Positions 1 to 11,973 of a stretch of DNA of 64,000 bases are shown here, in pieces (position 1 is the stretch's first letter; every line of letters starts with the position of its first letter). The stretch spans positions 249,709 to 313,708 of the IMG/VR virus record IMGVR_UViG_3300002143_000235; one strand, written 5' to 3'. Below the pieces are notes generated by a model that saw only the letters and a program-made list of their open reading frames with translations, made no database searches and was not told the DNA's origin. The position numbers were made by a program, and so were the translations under genes.

Positions 1-404
1 ATTGCACAACCGATTCAACAATTGGGTGAATCCGTTCTTCTTGTTTCCAATTATGACACAAGAAGGTAAAGATTTTTTCTTGGACTATTACAAGAAAGAA
101 ATTACAGAAGTGATTCAGAAACAGAAGAATGTTGTTACCTATGCTAAAGCAAAGTTGAAAGCTGAGAAAGACGCACTTATTGAATTACAGGCGGCATTTG
201 TTGAACTCAAAAAATAATTTTAAATATGAAAATTAAGAATACTTACATCGTTTTTTATAGTTCTGGATACGGATTAGTAAAATTGTATGAATGTCATAGT
301 GAAAGTGAAATTTCAATTAAACGTAAATTTTATCTTGAATTAGGTCGAGGATTAACAGAAATTACTGAAAAAGAATTTAATAGGTTAACACAATAACTAT
401 AATT

Positions 405-770
405 ATGCAAGAACAAATAGTAAATTTTGAAACAGCTAAATTAGCAAAAGAACGAGGTTTTACTGAGTCTTGTTGGCAGTGGTACGACACCATCGGTAAT
501 ATCAAAGAACATAAATTTAGTACAACTAGCAATCGATATGACGATGAGCTAGCCGCTCCAACACAATCATTACTTCAAAAATGGTTAAGAGAAATACATG
601 GTATTCATATAGATTTTCAGTATGATTTAGAATCTGATATGAAAACAATAAATGTTTCGTTTTCTGTTATAAACAATGAAGGATCTTTATATAATGAGAA
701 AAAAGAATATCTTAAATATGAAGAAGCTTTAGAAGAAGGATTACAACAAGCATTAGAATTAATTCATTAA
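405..770 (+). CDS. Hypothetical phage protein (Bacteroidota-phage type, 'FETAKLAKERGF' N-terminus)
   Basis: 121-aa ORF with an N-terminus and APTQSLLQKWLRE block that I recall from Flavobacteria-phage hypotheticals. Confidence 0.5.
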   Translation: MQEQIVNFETAKLAKERGFTESCWQWYDTIGNIKEHKFSTTSNRYDDELAAPTQSLLQKWLREIHGIHIDFQYDLESDMKTINVSFSVINNEGSLYNEKKEYLKYEEALEEGLQQALELIH

Positions 771-773
771 ACA

Positions 774-1283
774 ATGCATTTACAACTCAAAACAATTCGT
801 GCATACATCCCATTCAAACCAACTGAAGAAATTCCTACATCATACGCACACACCGATTATAACACATATATTGATGAAAAGAAGAAATATGCACTAGAAC
901 AGTTAATTGAGTTACCAGAAGTCACCAAAATGCTTGCAGTGTCAACTGGTATGACGTTTGATGAACTTGTTCAACTTATTATTGATGTATATGATAAAGT
1001 AAAAGATAGCGATAGATTTACTATTTTGTATACACAATTGAACGATGTGATTGATTTTGTTTCAATGATGGGTTATGATGAAATTAAATCTGATAGTGAT
1101 GAAGCGTTTCATACTTATACACTATTGCGTTATAATTCTATATTGTGTATGTTTGATTTTTCATTGAAGAATTATATAGCATCATTAATTCATGCTTTTT
1201 ATATTAAATTAAAGTTTCCTACACCAGAAACAGAGCCAGCAAAGAAAGTTGTCATTCGACGCTTAAAAAAGAAAAAAATGTAA
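774..1283 (+). CDS. Hypothetical protein
   Basis: 169-aa ORF in a co-directional run. Confidence 0.5.
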   Translation: MHLQLKTIRAYIPFKPTEEIPTSYAHTDYNTYIDEKKKYALEQLIELPEVTKMLAVSTGMTFDELVQLIIDVYDKVKDSDRFTILYTQLNDVIDFVSMMGYDEIKSDSDEAFHTYTLLRYNSILCMFDFSLKNYIASLIHAFYIKLKFPTPETEPAKKVVIRRLKKKKM

Positions 1284-1762
1284 AATAATTTACGTATATT
1301 CGTATCATGGAAACATTTAATGAATACCTAGACGTTGCCGTCAATAATCTTTTAGAGATAGCTGTAGAACAACCTGAAATAATTCGTAACATTGTAAATA
1401 ATGATATTAATATTACGTATGATGAGTTTGTAATTATGTTACATAAACTAATTATTGAATTTCATGATAATCCAGAATGGACTAATCATTATAATAAAAT
1501 GATTAGAGCAATCCAATTACTTAATTCTTTTGGACAACCAGATGTGGCTGAAAAACTTTTTGATTCTTTTGGTGCTAAAATATTAGGAGAACTTTGTACA
1601 CAAATTACAAAAACTCTTTTAAAACCTGCAACTGTTAATTAAAAAATAATTTATTTCACTACTTATCAGACCGTTACATATTTTTTAAAATATATTTTAT
1701 CAATTATATTTTTTAATCAAAAAAAAGAATTATATATTCGCTTTCATTAACAAACTTTAATT

Positions 1763-2209
1763 ATGACAATAACTGATTTCAAAGCCGACATTCAAGCACA
1801 AACTGTTACTGCTATGAAAGAAAAGAACCAACTTCGTGTTGAAACACTTCGATCAATCACTAATTCTATTACAGTGCAGGAGAAAAAAACTCCAGGAAAA
1901 GATATTAATCATATTGATATCTTGTCAACTATGTCAAAACAACGTACACAATCCATTGATGCATATACTGCTGGAGGAAATATTGAAGCAGCAGACAAAG
2001 AACGTCAAGAACTTGTTATCTTACAAGAGTTCTTACCTAAAACAATGAGTGATACAGAACTTGTATTAGCACTTAACGAAGTTGTAAATTCAATCACACC
2101 GGTTCCAACCATCAAAGAGATGGGTAAAGTTGTTGCAACATTCCGTACAATGTATCCAGGTCAAGATATGGGTAAAGTATCAGGCATGGTTAAAACAATC
2201 CTTGCATAA
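1763..2209 (+). CDS. GatB/YqeY domain protein
   Basis: AMKEKNQLRVETLRSI, KQRTQSIDAYTAGG, EFLPKTMSDTEL and KEMGKVV follow the YqeY pattern. Confidence 0.85.
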   Translation: MTITDFKADIQAQTVTAMKEKNQLRVETLRSITNSITVQEKKTPGKDINHIDILSTMSKQRTQSIDAYTAGGNIEAADKERQELVILQEFLPKTMSDTELVLALNEVVNSITPVPTIKEMGKVVATFRTMYPGQDMGKVSGMVKTILA

Positions 2210-2955
2210 TGACAGATATCAACAACAAAGGTGAATTTTATTCATCTATGGTCAGACTACATAAAAAATGCGGTCAGGGAACTTCTGGAATTGTACGTAT
2301 GAATGTACAGTACAATTCCTATATGGATGAATTGATTGAAGAAGGTTTGATGACTGTTACACATAGCGGTGGATCAATTGGACATCCAGAATCAAACCAA
2401 TGGTATGTACCTACAGGTGTTTACAATGTATGGCAAGATGAAGGCACTGATGGTGAATATCAAAAATTTAAAGGACGCTATTTGCGTTTTGTGCGTTTCT
2501 TTTTAGGTATTCTTGAAGCTGAAGAGACAAGAACGATGTTAAGTTCTCCAGAATTCATGCAGAAATACGCTGAGTGGTTGGAACGTAACAAGGAAGCTCT
2601 TGATACAATGATTAATCAAGACGAAGCATATCCTGGTTCAACTGTTTTATCTAATGATGTCATTCAATGGGCAATGGAAAAAAAATGGTATGAAGAAAAT
2701 TTACCAATTAAAACATGTTACAAACAATCTGTTGAAGGAATGAATAGTACTGATCAACAAATCATCTCAATGACTAATGAACTAATTGATTTGTACAAGA
2801 AAAGTGGTAAACCAGAACACATAGAACAAATTACTGAAGCTGAACAAGAAATTTTACAAATGCAAGGTAATCGTAAAAAAATACATATTTGGTTTGAAAT
2901 GCAGGACCAAGAACTATTGATTCAAGATGCGTTTGCAACACTTACATCAGCATAA
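2209..2955 (+). CDS. Hypothetical protein
   Basis: 248-aa ORF coupled to the YqeY gene (TAATG overlap). Confidence 0.5.
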   Translation: MTDINNKGEFYSSMVRLHKKCGQGTSGIVRMNVQYNSYMDELIEEGLMTVTHSGGSIGHPESNQWYVPTGVYNVWQDEGTDGEYQKFKGRYLRFVRFFLGILEAEETRTMLSSPEFMQKYAEWLERNKEALDTMINQDEAYPGSTVLSNDVIQWAMEKKWYEENLPIKTCYKQSVEGMNSTDQQIISMTNELIDLYKKSGKPEHIEQITEAEQEILQMQGNRKKIHIWFEMQDQELLIQDAFATLTSA

Positions 2956-3550
2956 ATTTTATACCTTTTGCCTGGACCTAATTAGGTCCAGGCAAAAAAT
3001 CAAATCACTATTCTCTTTTTGGAAGATTTCTGCTGGTGATATTACAGGTTCGATTCCTGTCTTCTGTCTAAAAATTAATAAATGTATAAATATAACAGCC
3101 TACAAATATTTCTAAACGAGGAACGACAAAAAACACAAGACTTACTAATCGACAACAGCAACCACACCCGAATTACTGCTGAAATATTTGGATTATCTTT
3201 TAATGAATTTGTATCCAAATTTCTTACTGTAATTGATACTGCTCAACACAACAAAGAATTATGTGAAACATTTCATAAAATGAATGAATTACATGAAATG
3301 TTTGAAGATGAAGATAATAATATTCGTCAAATTGTTTTATCTGAAACAAACACGTTGGAAATTGCCTTGAATTTATTTAAAATGAAATCACGTCAACTTA
3401 TTTGGAATTCTTTTGTTAGTATTACAAAAATAAACAATGATGTCTTTATAGATGAACGTCAAGATGATATTGCTACAATTATTAAATTTTGGAACGACTG
3501 GAAGACTTTTTAAATTTTTAAAACACTATATAAAAGAAAATTCTTGAACT

Positions 3551-3934
3551 ATGTTCACAAAAATATCTGGCTATAAATTATCATTAAAAGAAAATTTTGA
3601 TTCAATTTTTAAAAGAACTGAGCAGGAAAAAATTGATTATCTTTTATCAAATACATCGACAAATGATTTATTATCTTTAAAGCAACAATTAAAAAATGAA
3701 TTAAATTTTGATTTTGTTTTTGAAAATTATGCTAAAGATGAATACGGTCAAAAACATTTAGTTATATATGGATCAACTGCTGAAAGTATTGCTGAAAATG
3801 ATAAATTATGTGAAATAGTCAATGTATGGGAAAAACAAAAAGGATTGACACAGACGATAGAATATAGTGGTAAACCAGATGAAGATGAATACGAGTATAT
3901 TGCAATTCGAATTAATCTTTTTCTTATAAAATAA
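3551..3934 (+). CDS. Putative internal head protein with CTS-like N-terminus
   Basis: N-terminus MFTKISGYKLSLKE shared with other acidic ORFs in the window. Confidence 0.45.
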   Translation: MFTKISGYKLSLKENFDSIFKRTEQEKIDYLLSNTSTNDLLSLKQQLKNELNFDFVFENYAKDEYGQKHLVIYGSTAESIAENDKLCEIVNVWEKQKGLTQTIEYSGKPDEDEYEYIAIRINLFLIK

Positions 3935-3946
3935 AAAAATATTTTT

Positions 3947-4540
3947 ATGTACACAAAAATATCTGACTTTAAAAAGTCACAATTGAATGAATCTTTTGGT
4001 TCTAATTATACAAATCATCCAATGTCAAATCATGTCATAACAGTTGATGATGCTAAAGCTTTATATGCTTTAGAAGAAAGAGATTTAGGACTTAATGGTG
4101 ATAATCTCGATATGGATTTTAATGAATTCTGTGAAGACATCGTTGGAGAAACTTTATCAAATTATGCTACATGGAGATGGCCAGACGAACCGCAACAACA
4201 ATTTGATATGGCACTTGAAGTATTAGGTAATAGAATGCATGAATCAAAAAAAATAATTGTTGAAGCACTCGATCGTACTCAAGTATTTAGACCGAGTATA
4301 GGTATGACTGTTGAAGACATAGCTGAAAATCTTTATGAAATTATTCAAGATGAATATTCTTCTGAAAATGATATTTCAGGTGTTAATGCAATAATTTCAA
4401 AATTGACTCCAGAAATATGTCAATATTATGTTGATACAGCAATATACGAGGGTGGTGATGATGATGATGAAGAATATAGTCGAATTTATAATGTTAAACT
4501 TGAAATATTAAAAGAATTGGGTATTGATGTAGAAGATTGA
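3947..4540 (+). CDS. Putative internal head protein with CTS-like N-terminus
   Basis: N-terminus MYTKISDFKKSQLNE; very acidic. Confidence 0.45.
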   Translation: MYTKISDFKKSQLNESFGSNYTNHPMSNHVITVDDAKALYALEERDLGLNGDNLDMDFNEFCEDIVGETLSNYATWRWPDEPQQQFDMALEVLGNRMHESKKIIVEALDRTQVFRPSIGMTVEDIAENLYEIIQDEYSSENDISGVNAIISKLTPEICQYYVDTAIYEGGDDDDEEYSRIYNVKLEILKELGIDVED

Positions 4541-4557
4541 ATTAATCTTTTTTTTAT

Positions 4558-4598
4558 AAAATCAAAAAGACCTCATAATGTGAGGTCTTTTTGATTTT
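4558..4598. terminator. Bidirectional intrinsic terminator
   Basis: AAAATCAAAAAGACCTCA-taatg-TGAGGTCTTTTTGATTTT between convergent genes. Confidence 0.85.
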
Positions 4599-4902
4599 GA
4601 ATCTTTTCATTATTTAGTACGATGCTTTTGGATTTTTCGAAGCTCTAAACATAAATCTAATGCATCATTGTATAGATCATCCATTGGCCAATTTTCAACA
4701 GAACCATCTGAATTAATATCTATTCGAATAGTGCCATAAATAAAATAATAACCAGTTAACTCTTGTTCAGCAATATCTAAACGAACACGAAGTGCTTCTA
4801 CATTATTGTTTACCAAACCTATAAACTCATCATCTGTGTTGAAAAGTTTTATTTGTGCCGGTGTGTACTGTCTAATCCTGATAGGATCATTGTTTGTATT
4901 TT

Positions 4903-5595
4903 TCATATTATTTTTTTATAGTGTAACAATTTATTTCTTACTTCAACACCATCTCTATGGTATTTACGTATTGGTAAAAGCGGATTTGGTGTATTATTGT
5001 CATCCATAATTTCGATTGGTGTGAATGAGATCCGAACGAATGTACGTTTAGTTCCATCAGGAATTTGTGTACGTCGGTGAACAATGTATGGATCCAATAC
5101 ATACAACATATTAGGTTCAGCAACTTTGATATCACTAGGAATGATATGATCATTGAAAAACAAATGAACATTATGCATGTCTGGATTGAAATCATTTGGA
5201 AAATCAAATGCACGTTCTACGTACTCTGTAGGATAACAATCACTAATGATATAGTTTTGCTCAGGAAGATGTGAAATAGTTGTTGAGAATCCATCTGTAT
5301 GCCACATATCATCATTTTCTGAACGTACAATTCCGTGTCGAACAGTTATGTAGCAAAATGGTTGGCGAATTCCCATTGCATTTTGCATATCGACAGCATC
5401 CATAATCATATCACTTAACCATTCAAGCTCGGTAGGAATTTTAAAATCCTGGTGTGGAACTTTAACAATCATACGTAAAATGTACTGATCGTCATATGGA
5501 CACTCAAATTTATATTTTTCTAATTTGACAATTTTGTTTGCGTCCTTAAACGGTTTAAGACTTAACATTTGTCTTGCTCTTTCGTCTAATGTCAT
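4903..5595 (-). CDS. Putative 2OG-Fe(II) dioxygenase-like protein
   Basis: WHTDG (HxD), distal IVH and RTFVRI fit the facial triad plus 2OG-binding Arg. Confidence 0.55.
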   Translation of the reverse strand: MTLDERARQMLSLKPFKDANKIVKLEKYKFECPYDDQYILRMIVKVPHQDFKIPTELEWLSDMIMDAVDMQNAMGIRQPFCYITVRHGIVRSENDDMWHTDGFSTTISHLPEQNYIISDCYPTEYVERAFDFPNDFNPDMHNVHLFFNDHIIPSDIKVAEPNMLYVLDPYIVHRRTQIPDGTKRTFVRISFTPIEIMDDNNTPNPLLPIRKYHRDGVEVRNKLLHYKKII

Positions 5596-6124
5596 AACTT
5601 ATTGTTTTGGAGATTTGTAAATAAGAAATTTTTTTTTATTACTATGCTCTATATACTTTTTGAATAAAGAATTCATTGTAATAAAGTTCACCTTTTTTAG
5701 CTCTTTTTTCAAGCTCGTCTTCGGCTTCTTTTTCAGAATCACATGAATATATTTCGACTAACATAACATCTTTATCTGATATGTCTGATTCGTCTCCTCT
5801 TAAAATAAATTCAACATCAATTAGTGCGAATATTACATATACCTTTTTCATATTAAATTTAAAATTTTGAAGTAAATCTTTCAATGAATTGTTCTTTTGT
5901 AATTTCTGTTACATCATATGAATAAAGAACATAAAAACGCTTAGTACAATTCGGACCGTGATGTCCAAGGCTTTTCATTTTTGTCAAAATTTCACTTGGA
6001 CTTAAATTTTCTGGATTATTGTAAAATATCATATGTAATTATTAATTGAACATTACAAATATAGTAAAAAAAATGATCCGTGGTATTTTTTTAGATAAAA
6101 AACTTTCTGTTCGATATATACAGT

Positions 6125-9100
6125 ATGACTACAGGATCTATCTCTTTATTACGTGCTAATGTTGCATTAACTACCAATGTGAAGCTCATGGTTGATTCCA
6201 AATATAATTTGTACCTTGAGAGCTACTCATCTAATACAGAGCTATCAGATCGTAAGTATAAGAAGTTTCAGATTGGTCCGGATGTGTTTATCTCTGAACG
6301 CTACGCTAAGTTCTACCAGGGACTTCCAGCTGATCTTGCTTTTGCTGTAAAGAATGATGTGAAGTCAGACAGCATCCAGTCAATGTATGGAAATCAGTTT
6401 GATGATATTTATTATTCAGGACCTAGAAATGTTGAGGACAACCGATACATTGAAGAATTTCAATACAATACAACATTAAGAATCAATCCAACAAAGCTTC
6501 CAAAATATTTCTTCATCTTCCGTAAAGATGAACCAGGATTATTAGATTTGAATCGTTCTAATGCCTCGAATTTTTTACACGATCTCAAATGTGTTAATGT
6601 TGTTGATTTAACACCAAAGACAACAATTGGTCAATTATGGAAAAAGAATTATATTGATGATGATGTAATCCCAGCTTCGCCGTTCGAATTAAATTTAAAT
6701 ACAGATGAATTTAGTCAATGGAATGGATACGATTATACTTCAGGTGGAACTGTTTCGAAATCGTTTTTACTTGATGATTTCATGCAAAATCAATTGTCTG
6801 ACTTTGAATTTGAATCATACCTTACAGACGGATTCAGAAAAAATGGTGTAATTGCATCAAATTATGCAAATATCTCTTACCTTTTTGATGATACTGTATC
6901 TGGTATTTTCATTCAATCAACACTGGGTGATGAGCATCGTTACTATGAAGACGAGTACCCATTTATATTTCAATTAATTAGATCTAATAAAATTACATCA
7001 AATCAGTATACAAAAAGTATAGATACTTCAGGTGTTGTTGGTCGTATTTACTACACATTTAATATACATATACCATATAGAAAAAAATGGACAATCAATC
7101 GTTATACAGGTTATTATGTTGATGATTTAAAACGTGTTGCACAATTATCATCTTACATGGGTGGTGTATTTGTCGATGATGCTGCAATAGAGATCATTGA
7201 TAATACTTTTATGAAATATGATTCAGGATTAGGTGAATATGTTTCAGTTTCTCCATTAGTTAATGCATTTGTAGATACACTACCAATTCACTTTAAGATT
7301 GGTGAAGTATTTCATCTAGTTGAAAAAGATGGAAACAATTATAGATTAGTTTCAGAGAATTCGATTAATGGTAACATGCTTGCGTTAAAATCTACTGGTA
7401 CACAATCTATTAAGATTGATTTTGAAGATTTTGGCTCTGGTGAATTCAAGAGTGTTTTAAAAAATGTAGATAATACATATTATTACAATAAAGATTTTAC
7501 AATATACCGCGATGGTATATGTGTAATTAAGCTGCTTGATACATATTATACATTACATATTGATTATTCCAACCAACAAGTTTACATCAATACAGATGAA
7601 TACATTACATGTGATAGTAACGTTCTTGTACGTCAATTAGGTGAAGGTGTAAAGCGATTTGATAATTTACAAGTAATTACAAAAGATAATGCTATTGAAT
7701 ACTTTGAAGTTTTCTTTTTACAATTTACAGACATTGCTGATTGGGATTTTAATCATACAGATACAGATCACACAAAGATTGAATATGATACAGATAATGC
7801 TATCAATTACAATCGTCCATTTGTGCATGCTTTAGATATCAAGGATCTTGCATTGCCTGTTGATTTACAGTACGAGAAAGATTACAACATTGTTGAACCA
7901 GGCGGTACACCAGTTATTAATTCACCATTTATATTTCCTGTAGCATCTGAGTATGCTGCAACTGGTGACTTGTACATGTTAGATAATATTAATAAATTGA
8001 CACGTATTTGGAATATTAATCAGAGTGTAAATAAATTTGGTCTTAGTGGATCAGTTGGTCCAAACAGTGTACCATATAAAATCAATAATAACTTAACTGT
8101 TTGGGGACAATTAAATTTAAATCCTAACATGTATAGTGCTTCAAAGAGTATTAGTGATTCAAATCTTGATTGGTTTTATACATTTGGAAGACCAATCGAT
8201 TACATAGATTATGATTCACTTGAAGCATATGATTTATCATATAATCCACATATTATTCAACGTACATTAAATATTGATACACCTCGAACAGTAAACATTA
8301 CTGGTGCATCAACAACAGTTCAGAATAATTTACGATTTAATTATAGATTTGATTTAGAATACTATAAACGACAATCAACAACGTTTGATTATTTTTCATA
8401 CATGATGGATATGCCGGTTTCATTAGATTCAAATGGTTTATTTGAATTTGATAAACGCATGACTACACGTGCTGCTGTTCTTTATCCAAATGATGGTGTT
8501 AATGGTCCAAGATTGTATTTACGCGGAATGTGTGCTTATTTAGAGTATGTAACATTAGCTAATCCAAATATCTGTTCCGAAGGTGTTACGCCTCGTCCAG
8601 CAGATGATTTGAGTGGTTATCGTTTTGGAACGGTATTTGCACCAAAATATACAGAAGATGTTGCTCTTTGGGGTAAATCTGGTATTGATATTGTATTGAA
8701 TAAAAAATTTAAAAACATACTTATTCACATTTATATTTATGTGCCGATCAATTCATATACATCACTTGATTATAGACGACGTGATGTAAATTATAATGAA
8801 GATCATGTCATGTATAGTTATTTTGATGCAACAATTAATGATATGGTATTTACTGCATCAGAGCTTGCCACAGCTGATTTGACGCTGAATAATTTTTTAA
8901 ATATTCTCAATAAATGCGAACTCGATTCAACTATTTTTACACTTGGTATTAATTATCAAGTATTGGATACAGTTCAGTCTGTTGGTTATTTAATAATTAA
9001 CGCTTATGAAGATCCTTTGGATACAACACGTCTTTTTATTGAATTTGAAAGTGAACCAAATCTTAAGGAACACGATTGGATGTATTTTGAATTATTTGGT

Positions 9101-10171
9101 ATTAATTTACAAATTGTTACTAAATTGAATAATCGTGTTTATGTCTTTAATATTCAAGATGGTACAGCTGCAACATATGCTGCTGCTATTATTGCCGCAT
9201 TAATTATTGATCCTGTCTATGTATTGAATGCTAAAAGTGTTTTACCATTTCGTTTTCGAATTATTGAACCCAATATTGTACGTATAAATACTAATGTTAA
9301 TATTGTTACAGGTGATGATTCATCACCAATTAGACCGATCAATAATACATACAATACTGTAAATCCAACAACAACACCTGGTGAAAGTGTATTTCCTAAT
9401 ATTTATAGAGATGATATGATATCAAGACGTAAATATGTTGACGATACACGTAAAACAACAACATTATCAGATATTAAAAATCTCCCAGGTATTGTTCGAT
9501 TTAGTGGTGGTTATGAACCAATTTTACGCATGCTTCCAATTTTTAATTCAACAACATTATTGTCAATGAATAATGCATCAGTAGCATCGCCAACTGTATT
9601 TATTAATGCAGCAAAAGTTCAAAAAATGTCATTAGTTGCAGTTCCTGTTTCAGTAGGTACAGGTTTCTATCTTGAAGTACATCTTATTGATGTACTTGAT
9701 CAACTTTTAAATGTGAAAGTAGGTGATGTATGGCATATGGGTGATGCAAATGCTTTTCCATATATTGCAGGACAAACCGGAGAAATTATTGAAGCTACAA
9801 CATATGTTCAAAGTTTAATAACTTATTACAAATATACATTAGATATTATTTATGATGTTGCTCCATTTATTGGTACAATTATTCCAGATAATACCCAACC
9901 ATCGTTCCTTTATATCATGCGTCAAATTGACAAAAATATGTATTTTGATTATCAATATGTAGATTTTGCTACAGTTACAGATTTAACAATAGCTAAAACT
10001 TATTCTGTTGTAAATCCTTTAAGATCATCAAAAACTGTAAACAATACAACAAATAGGTATCCGTTGATTGATGAGCATGGTTCAACAAACATTGATAGAA
10101 TGGCACTTAAATCATCATGGGATGAGATATTTTATTACATGACACTTTCTAACAAATACAACACATTATAA
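6125..10171 (+). CDS. Large putative virion structural (baseplate/tail) protein
   Basis: 1348 aa, N/D/Y/T-rich, no enzyme motif, preceded by an ATATATA late-type element. Confidence 0.5.
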   Translation: MTTGSISLLRANVALTTNVKLMVDSKYNLYLESYSSNTELSDRKYKKFQIGPDVFISERYAKFYQGLPADLAFAVKNDVKSDSIQSMYGNQFDDIYYSGPRNVEDNRYIEEFQYNTTLRINPTKLPKYFFIFRKDEPGLLDLNRSNASNFLHDLKCVNVVDLTPKTTIGQLWKKNYIDDDVIPASPFELNLNTDEFSQWNGYDYTSGGTVSKSFLLDDFMQNQLSDFEFESYLTDGFRKNGVIASNYANISYLFDDTVSGIFIQSTLGDEHRYYEDEYPFIFQLIRSNKITSNQYTKSIDTSGVVGRIYYTFNIHIPYRKKWTINRYTGYYVDDLKRVAQLSSYMGGVFVDDAAIEIIDNTFMKYDSGLGEYVSVSPLVNAFVDTLPIHFKIGEVFHLVEKDGNNYRLVSENSINGNMLALKSTGTQSIKIDFEDFGSGEFKSVLKNVDNTYYYNKDFTIYRDGICVIKLLDTYYTLHIDYSNQQVYINTDEYITCDSNVLVRQLGEGVKRFDNLQVITKDNAIEYFEVFFLQFTDIADWDFNHTDTDHTKIEYDTDNAINYNRPFVHALDIKDLALPVDLQYEKDYNIVEPGGTPVINSPFIFPVASEYAATGDLYMLDNINKLTRIWNINQSVNKFGLSGSVGPNSVPYKINNNLTVWGQLNLNPNMYSASKSISDSNLDWFYTFGRPIDYIDYDSLEAYDLSYNPHIIQRTLNIDTPRTVNITGASTTVQNNLRFNYRFDLEYYKRQSTTFDYFSYMMDMPVSLDSNGLFEFDKRMTTRAAVLYPNDGVNGPRLYLRGMCAYLEYVTLANPNICSEGVTPRPADDLSGYRFGTVFAPKYTEDVALWGKSGIDIVLNKKFKNILIHIYIYVPINSYTSLDYRRRDVNYNEDHVMYSYFDATINDMVFTASELATADLTLNNFLNILNKCELDSTIFTLGINYQVLDTVQSVGYLIINAYEDPLDTTRLFIEFESEPNLKEHDWMYFELFGINLQIVTKLNNRVYVFNIQDGTAATYAAAIIAALIIDPVYVLNAKSVLPFRFRIIEPNIVRINTNVNIVTGDDSSPIRPINNTYNTVNPTTTPGESVFPNIYRDDMISRRKYVDDTRKTTTLSDIKNLPGIVRFSGGYEPILRMLPIFNSTTLLSMNNASVASPTVFINAAKVQKMSLVAVPVSVGTGFYLEVHLIDVLDQLLNVKVGDVWHMGDANAFPYIAGQTGEIIEATTYVQSLITYYKYTLDIIYDVAPFIGTIIPDNTQPSFLYIMRQIDKNMYFDYQYVDFATVTDLTIAKTYSVVNPLRSSKTVNNTTNRYPLIDEHGSTNIDRMALKSSWDEIFYYMTLSNKYNTL

Positions 10172-10172
10172 T

Positions 10173-10916
10173 ATGAGAAAAGACGGCATTGTTAAGGAAT
10201 TCAAAAACGCTTCAGTTTATGGCGCATATGTTATGCGTGAAAAAACTAATTTTTTGTGTGGTAAAATGATGGATATTGAAGATATTATACATATTACTTA
10301 TCCATATACATATGATGAACTGTTAGGACTTATAGCGCTTGGACCTGTTAGTGAAACAATGGTAAAAAGTGCTTCTAACTATTCATATGATGAAGTGAAG
10401 AAAAAATACATTACTATAAAACCTGATCAAACACAAGCAACACAGGATGCCAATGCAAATACTCGATGGATATTTGAATTTGATTCTAAATCATTATTAA
10501 AAGATTATCTTTATAATGAAATTTATACAATAAATCCAGCATCACCATTCAAACAAATACCACTAGTACAAACACCAGCAAATAATGTAAGTACACTTTG
10601 TCTTGATTACATTAATGCGAATGTAATGGACAGATACAGATTAAAAGAATTTATTCTTTATGCCGAGTATTATGAGCTTAAGACTGGAACAGTTCCAGGT
10701 ACTGGTGGTGGATTTGATACACCTGTTCCATTATTGTATAAAAATCCTGTATTTCATTTAATTGCTATTCCTGAAACGAATTCAGATAAAAACAAAGAGA
10801 CAATTGCAATGAAAGAATACAATGATGGATTTTATGAAATTGCTTATAAACAAAAAAAAAGTTCACAATTTTATACATTTGTTTACTACTATGATGTAAT
10901 TTTTGAAAAGATTTAA
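10173..10916 (+). CDS. Hypothetical, probably structural, protein
   Basis: 247 aa, starts immediately after the 1348-aa gene. Confidence 0.4.
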   Translation: MRKDGIVKEFKNASVYGAYVMREKTNFLCGKMMDIEDIIHITYPYTYDELLGLIALGPVSETMVKSASNYSYDEVKKKYITIKPDQTQATQDANANTRWIFEFDSKSLLKDYLYNEIYTINPASPFKQIPLVQTPANNVSTLCLDYINANVMDRYRLKEFILYAEYYELKTGTVPGTGGGFDTPVPLLYKNPVFHLIAIPETNSDKNKETIAMKEYNDGFYEIAYKQKKSSQFYTFVYYYDVIFEKI

Positions 10917-10960
10917 ACTTTTGCTACATGTCTTGAATATAATAACATATTTAAGCATTT

Positions 10961-11464
10961 ATGACAACAATACAAGTAGCAAAATATAATGAAACACTTC
11001 TTCAAATTGTTGAAGAAAAACGTACAGAATGGACTGATAATATTAAAGGTTTAGCTCCACTTATTCGGAGTAAAGATCCACACGATATGACTGAAGCACA
11101 AGCTCTTGCTTTATCTTATCGTAGTATTATACTTGAAGAAATTGCATATTTTATAACAAAACTTGGTCAAACTCAGAAAACATTAAAAGTTTTAAAATCT
11201 GAACGTTTTACATTATATACAACTGGACATTTTCCAGATGGAACACGCGCAACAGGAAATGTTGCAGCTCATCCACTTATTGGAAACACTAAACTATCTG
11301 GTTCACAGCGTGATATGATTATTTCAGGTGATCTTGCAGATCATGAACACACTGATGATATTTTGGAACAGATTATTTTACATTTACGTGAATGTATTAA
11401 AACTATTGATCAATACATGTACGCAATCAAAAACAGACTAGAGTTATTTGTACTCTTTAAATAA
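10961..11464 (+). CDS. UvsY-like recombination mediator
   Basis: Helical 167 aa; C-terminus ECIKTIDQYMYAIKNRLEL resembles the T4-type UvsY C-terminus; a UvsW-like gene is in the same window. Confidence 0.5.
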   Translation: MTTIQVAKYNETLLQIVEEKRTEWTDNIKGLAPLIRSKDPHDMTEAQALALSYRSIILEEIAYFITKLGQTQKTLKVLKSERFTLYTTGHFPDGTRATGNVAAHPLIGNTKLSGSQRDMIISGDLADHEHTDDILEQIILHLRECIKTIDQYMYAIKNRLELFVLFK

Positions 11465-11973
11465 ATAAGTTTTAATACAAATGAATATAGAAGACAGAAG
11501 CGCACTAGCATTTAAGATTGGTGAAGCATTACGTATTTGGGAACAAATTACTGTTGATCAAGTTGTGCAACAGGTTGCAATCAATGGTGTGTCTGAATCG
11601 TGGATGCTTTATATTGAACGTGATATGCATGATCATAAAGAATGTCTAGAATTTCTTTACTTTGGATCAGACAAAAATACAGACAAATAACAATAGGAGT
11701 GTAAATAACATGAAAAGTAATCGAAGTTTAAGCAAAAGAGAAATCCGTAACGAATTGTTTGGAATATTAGCAATGTGTGATGGATTTACAGAAGATGGTA
11801 GTATGGCTGGCGGTAAAAGGAAGGAAGAATTAATTAAATACCTTCCTAAATTAATAGCATCAAGAATTATGGAACTACAAGATTTAATAGATAATTGTAG
11901 TTTGAGCGATTAATTTATTTAGTTGTTTTTGGCGGTAGTTGAATATGAATAAAATGTAAGAGAAAAAAAAATA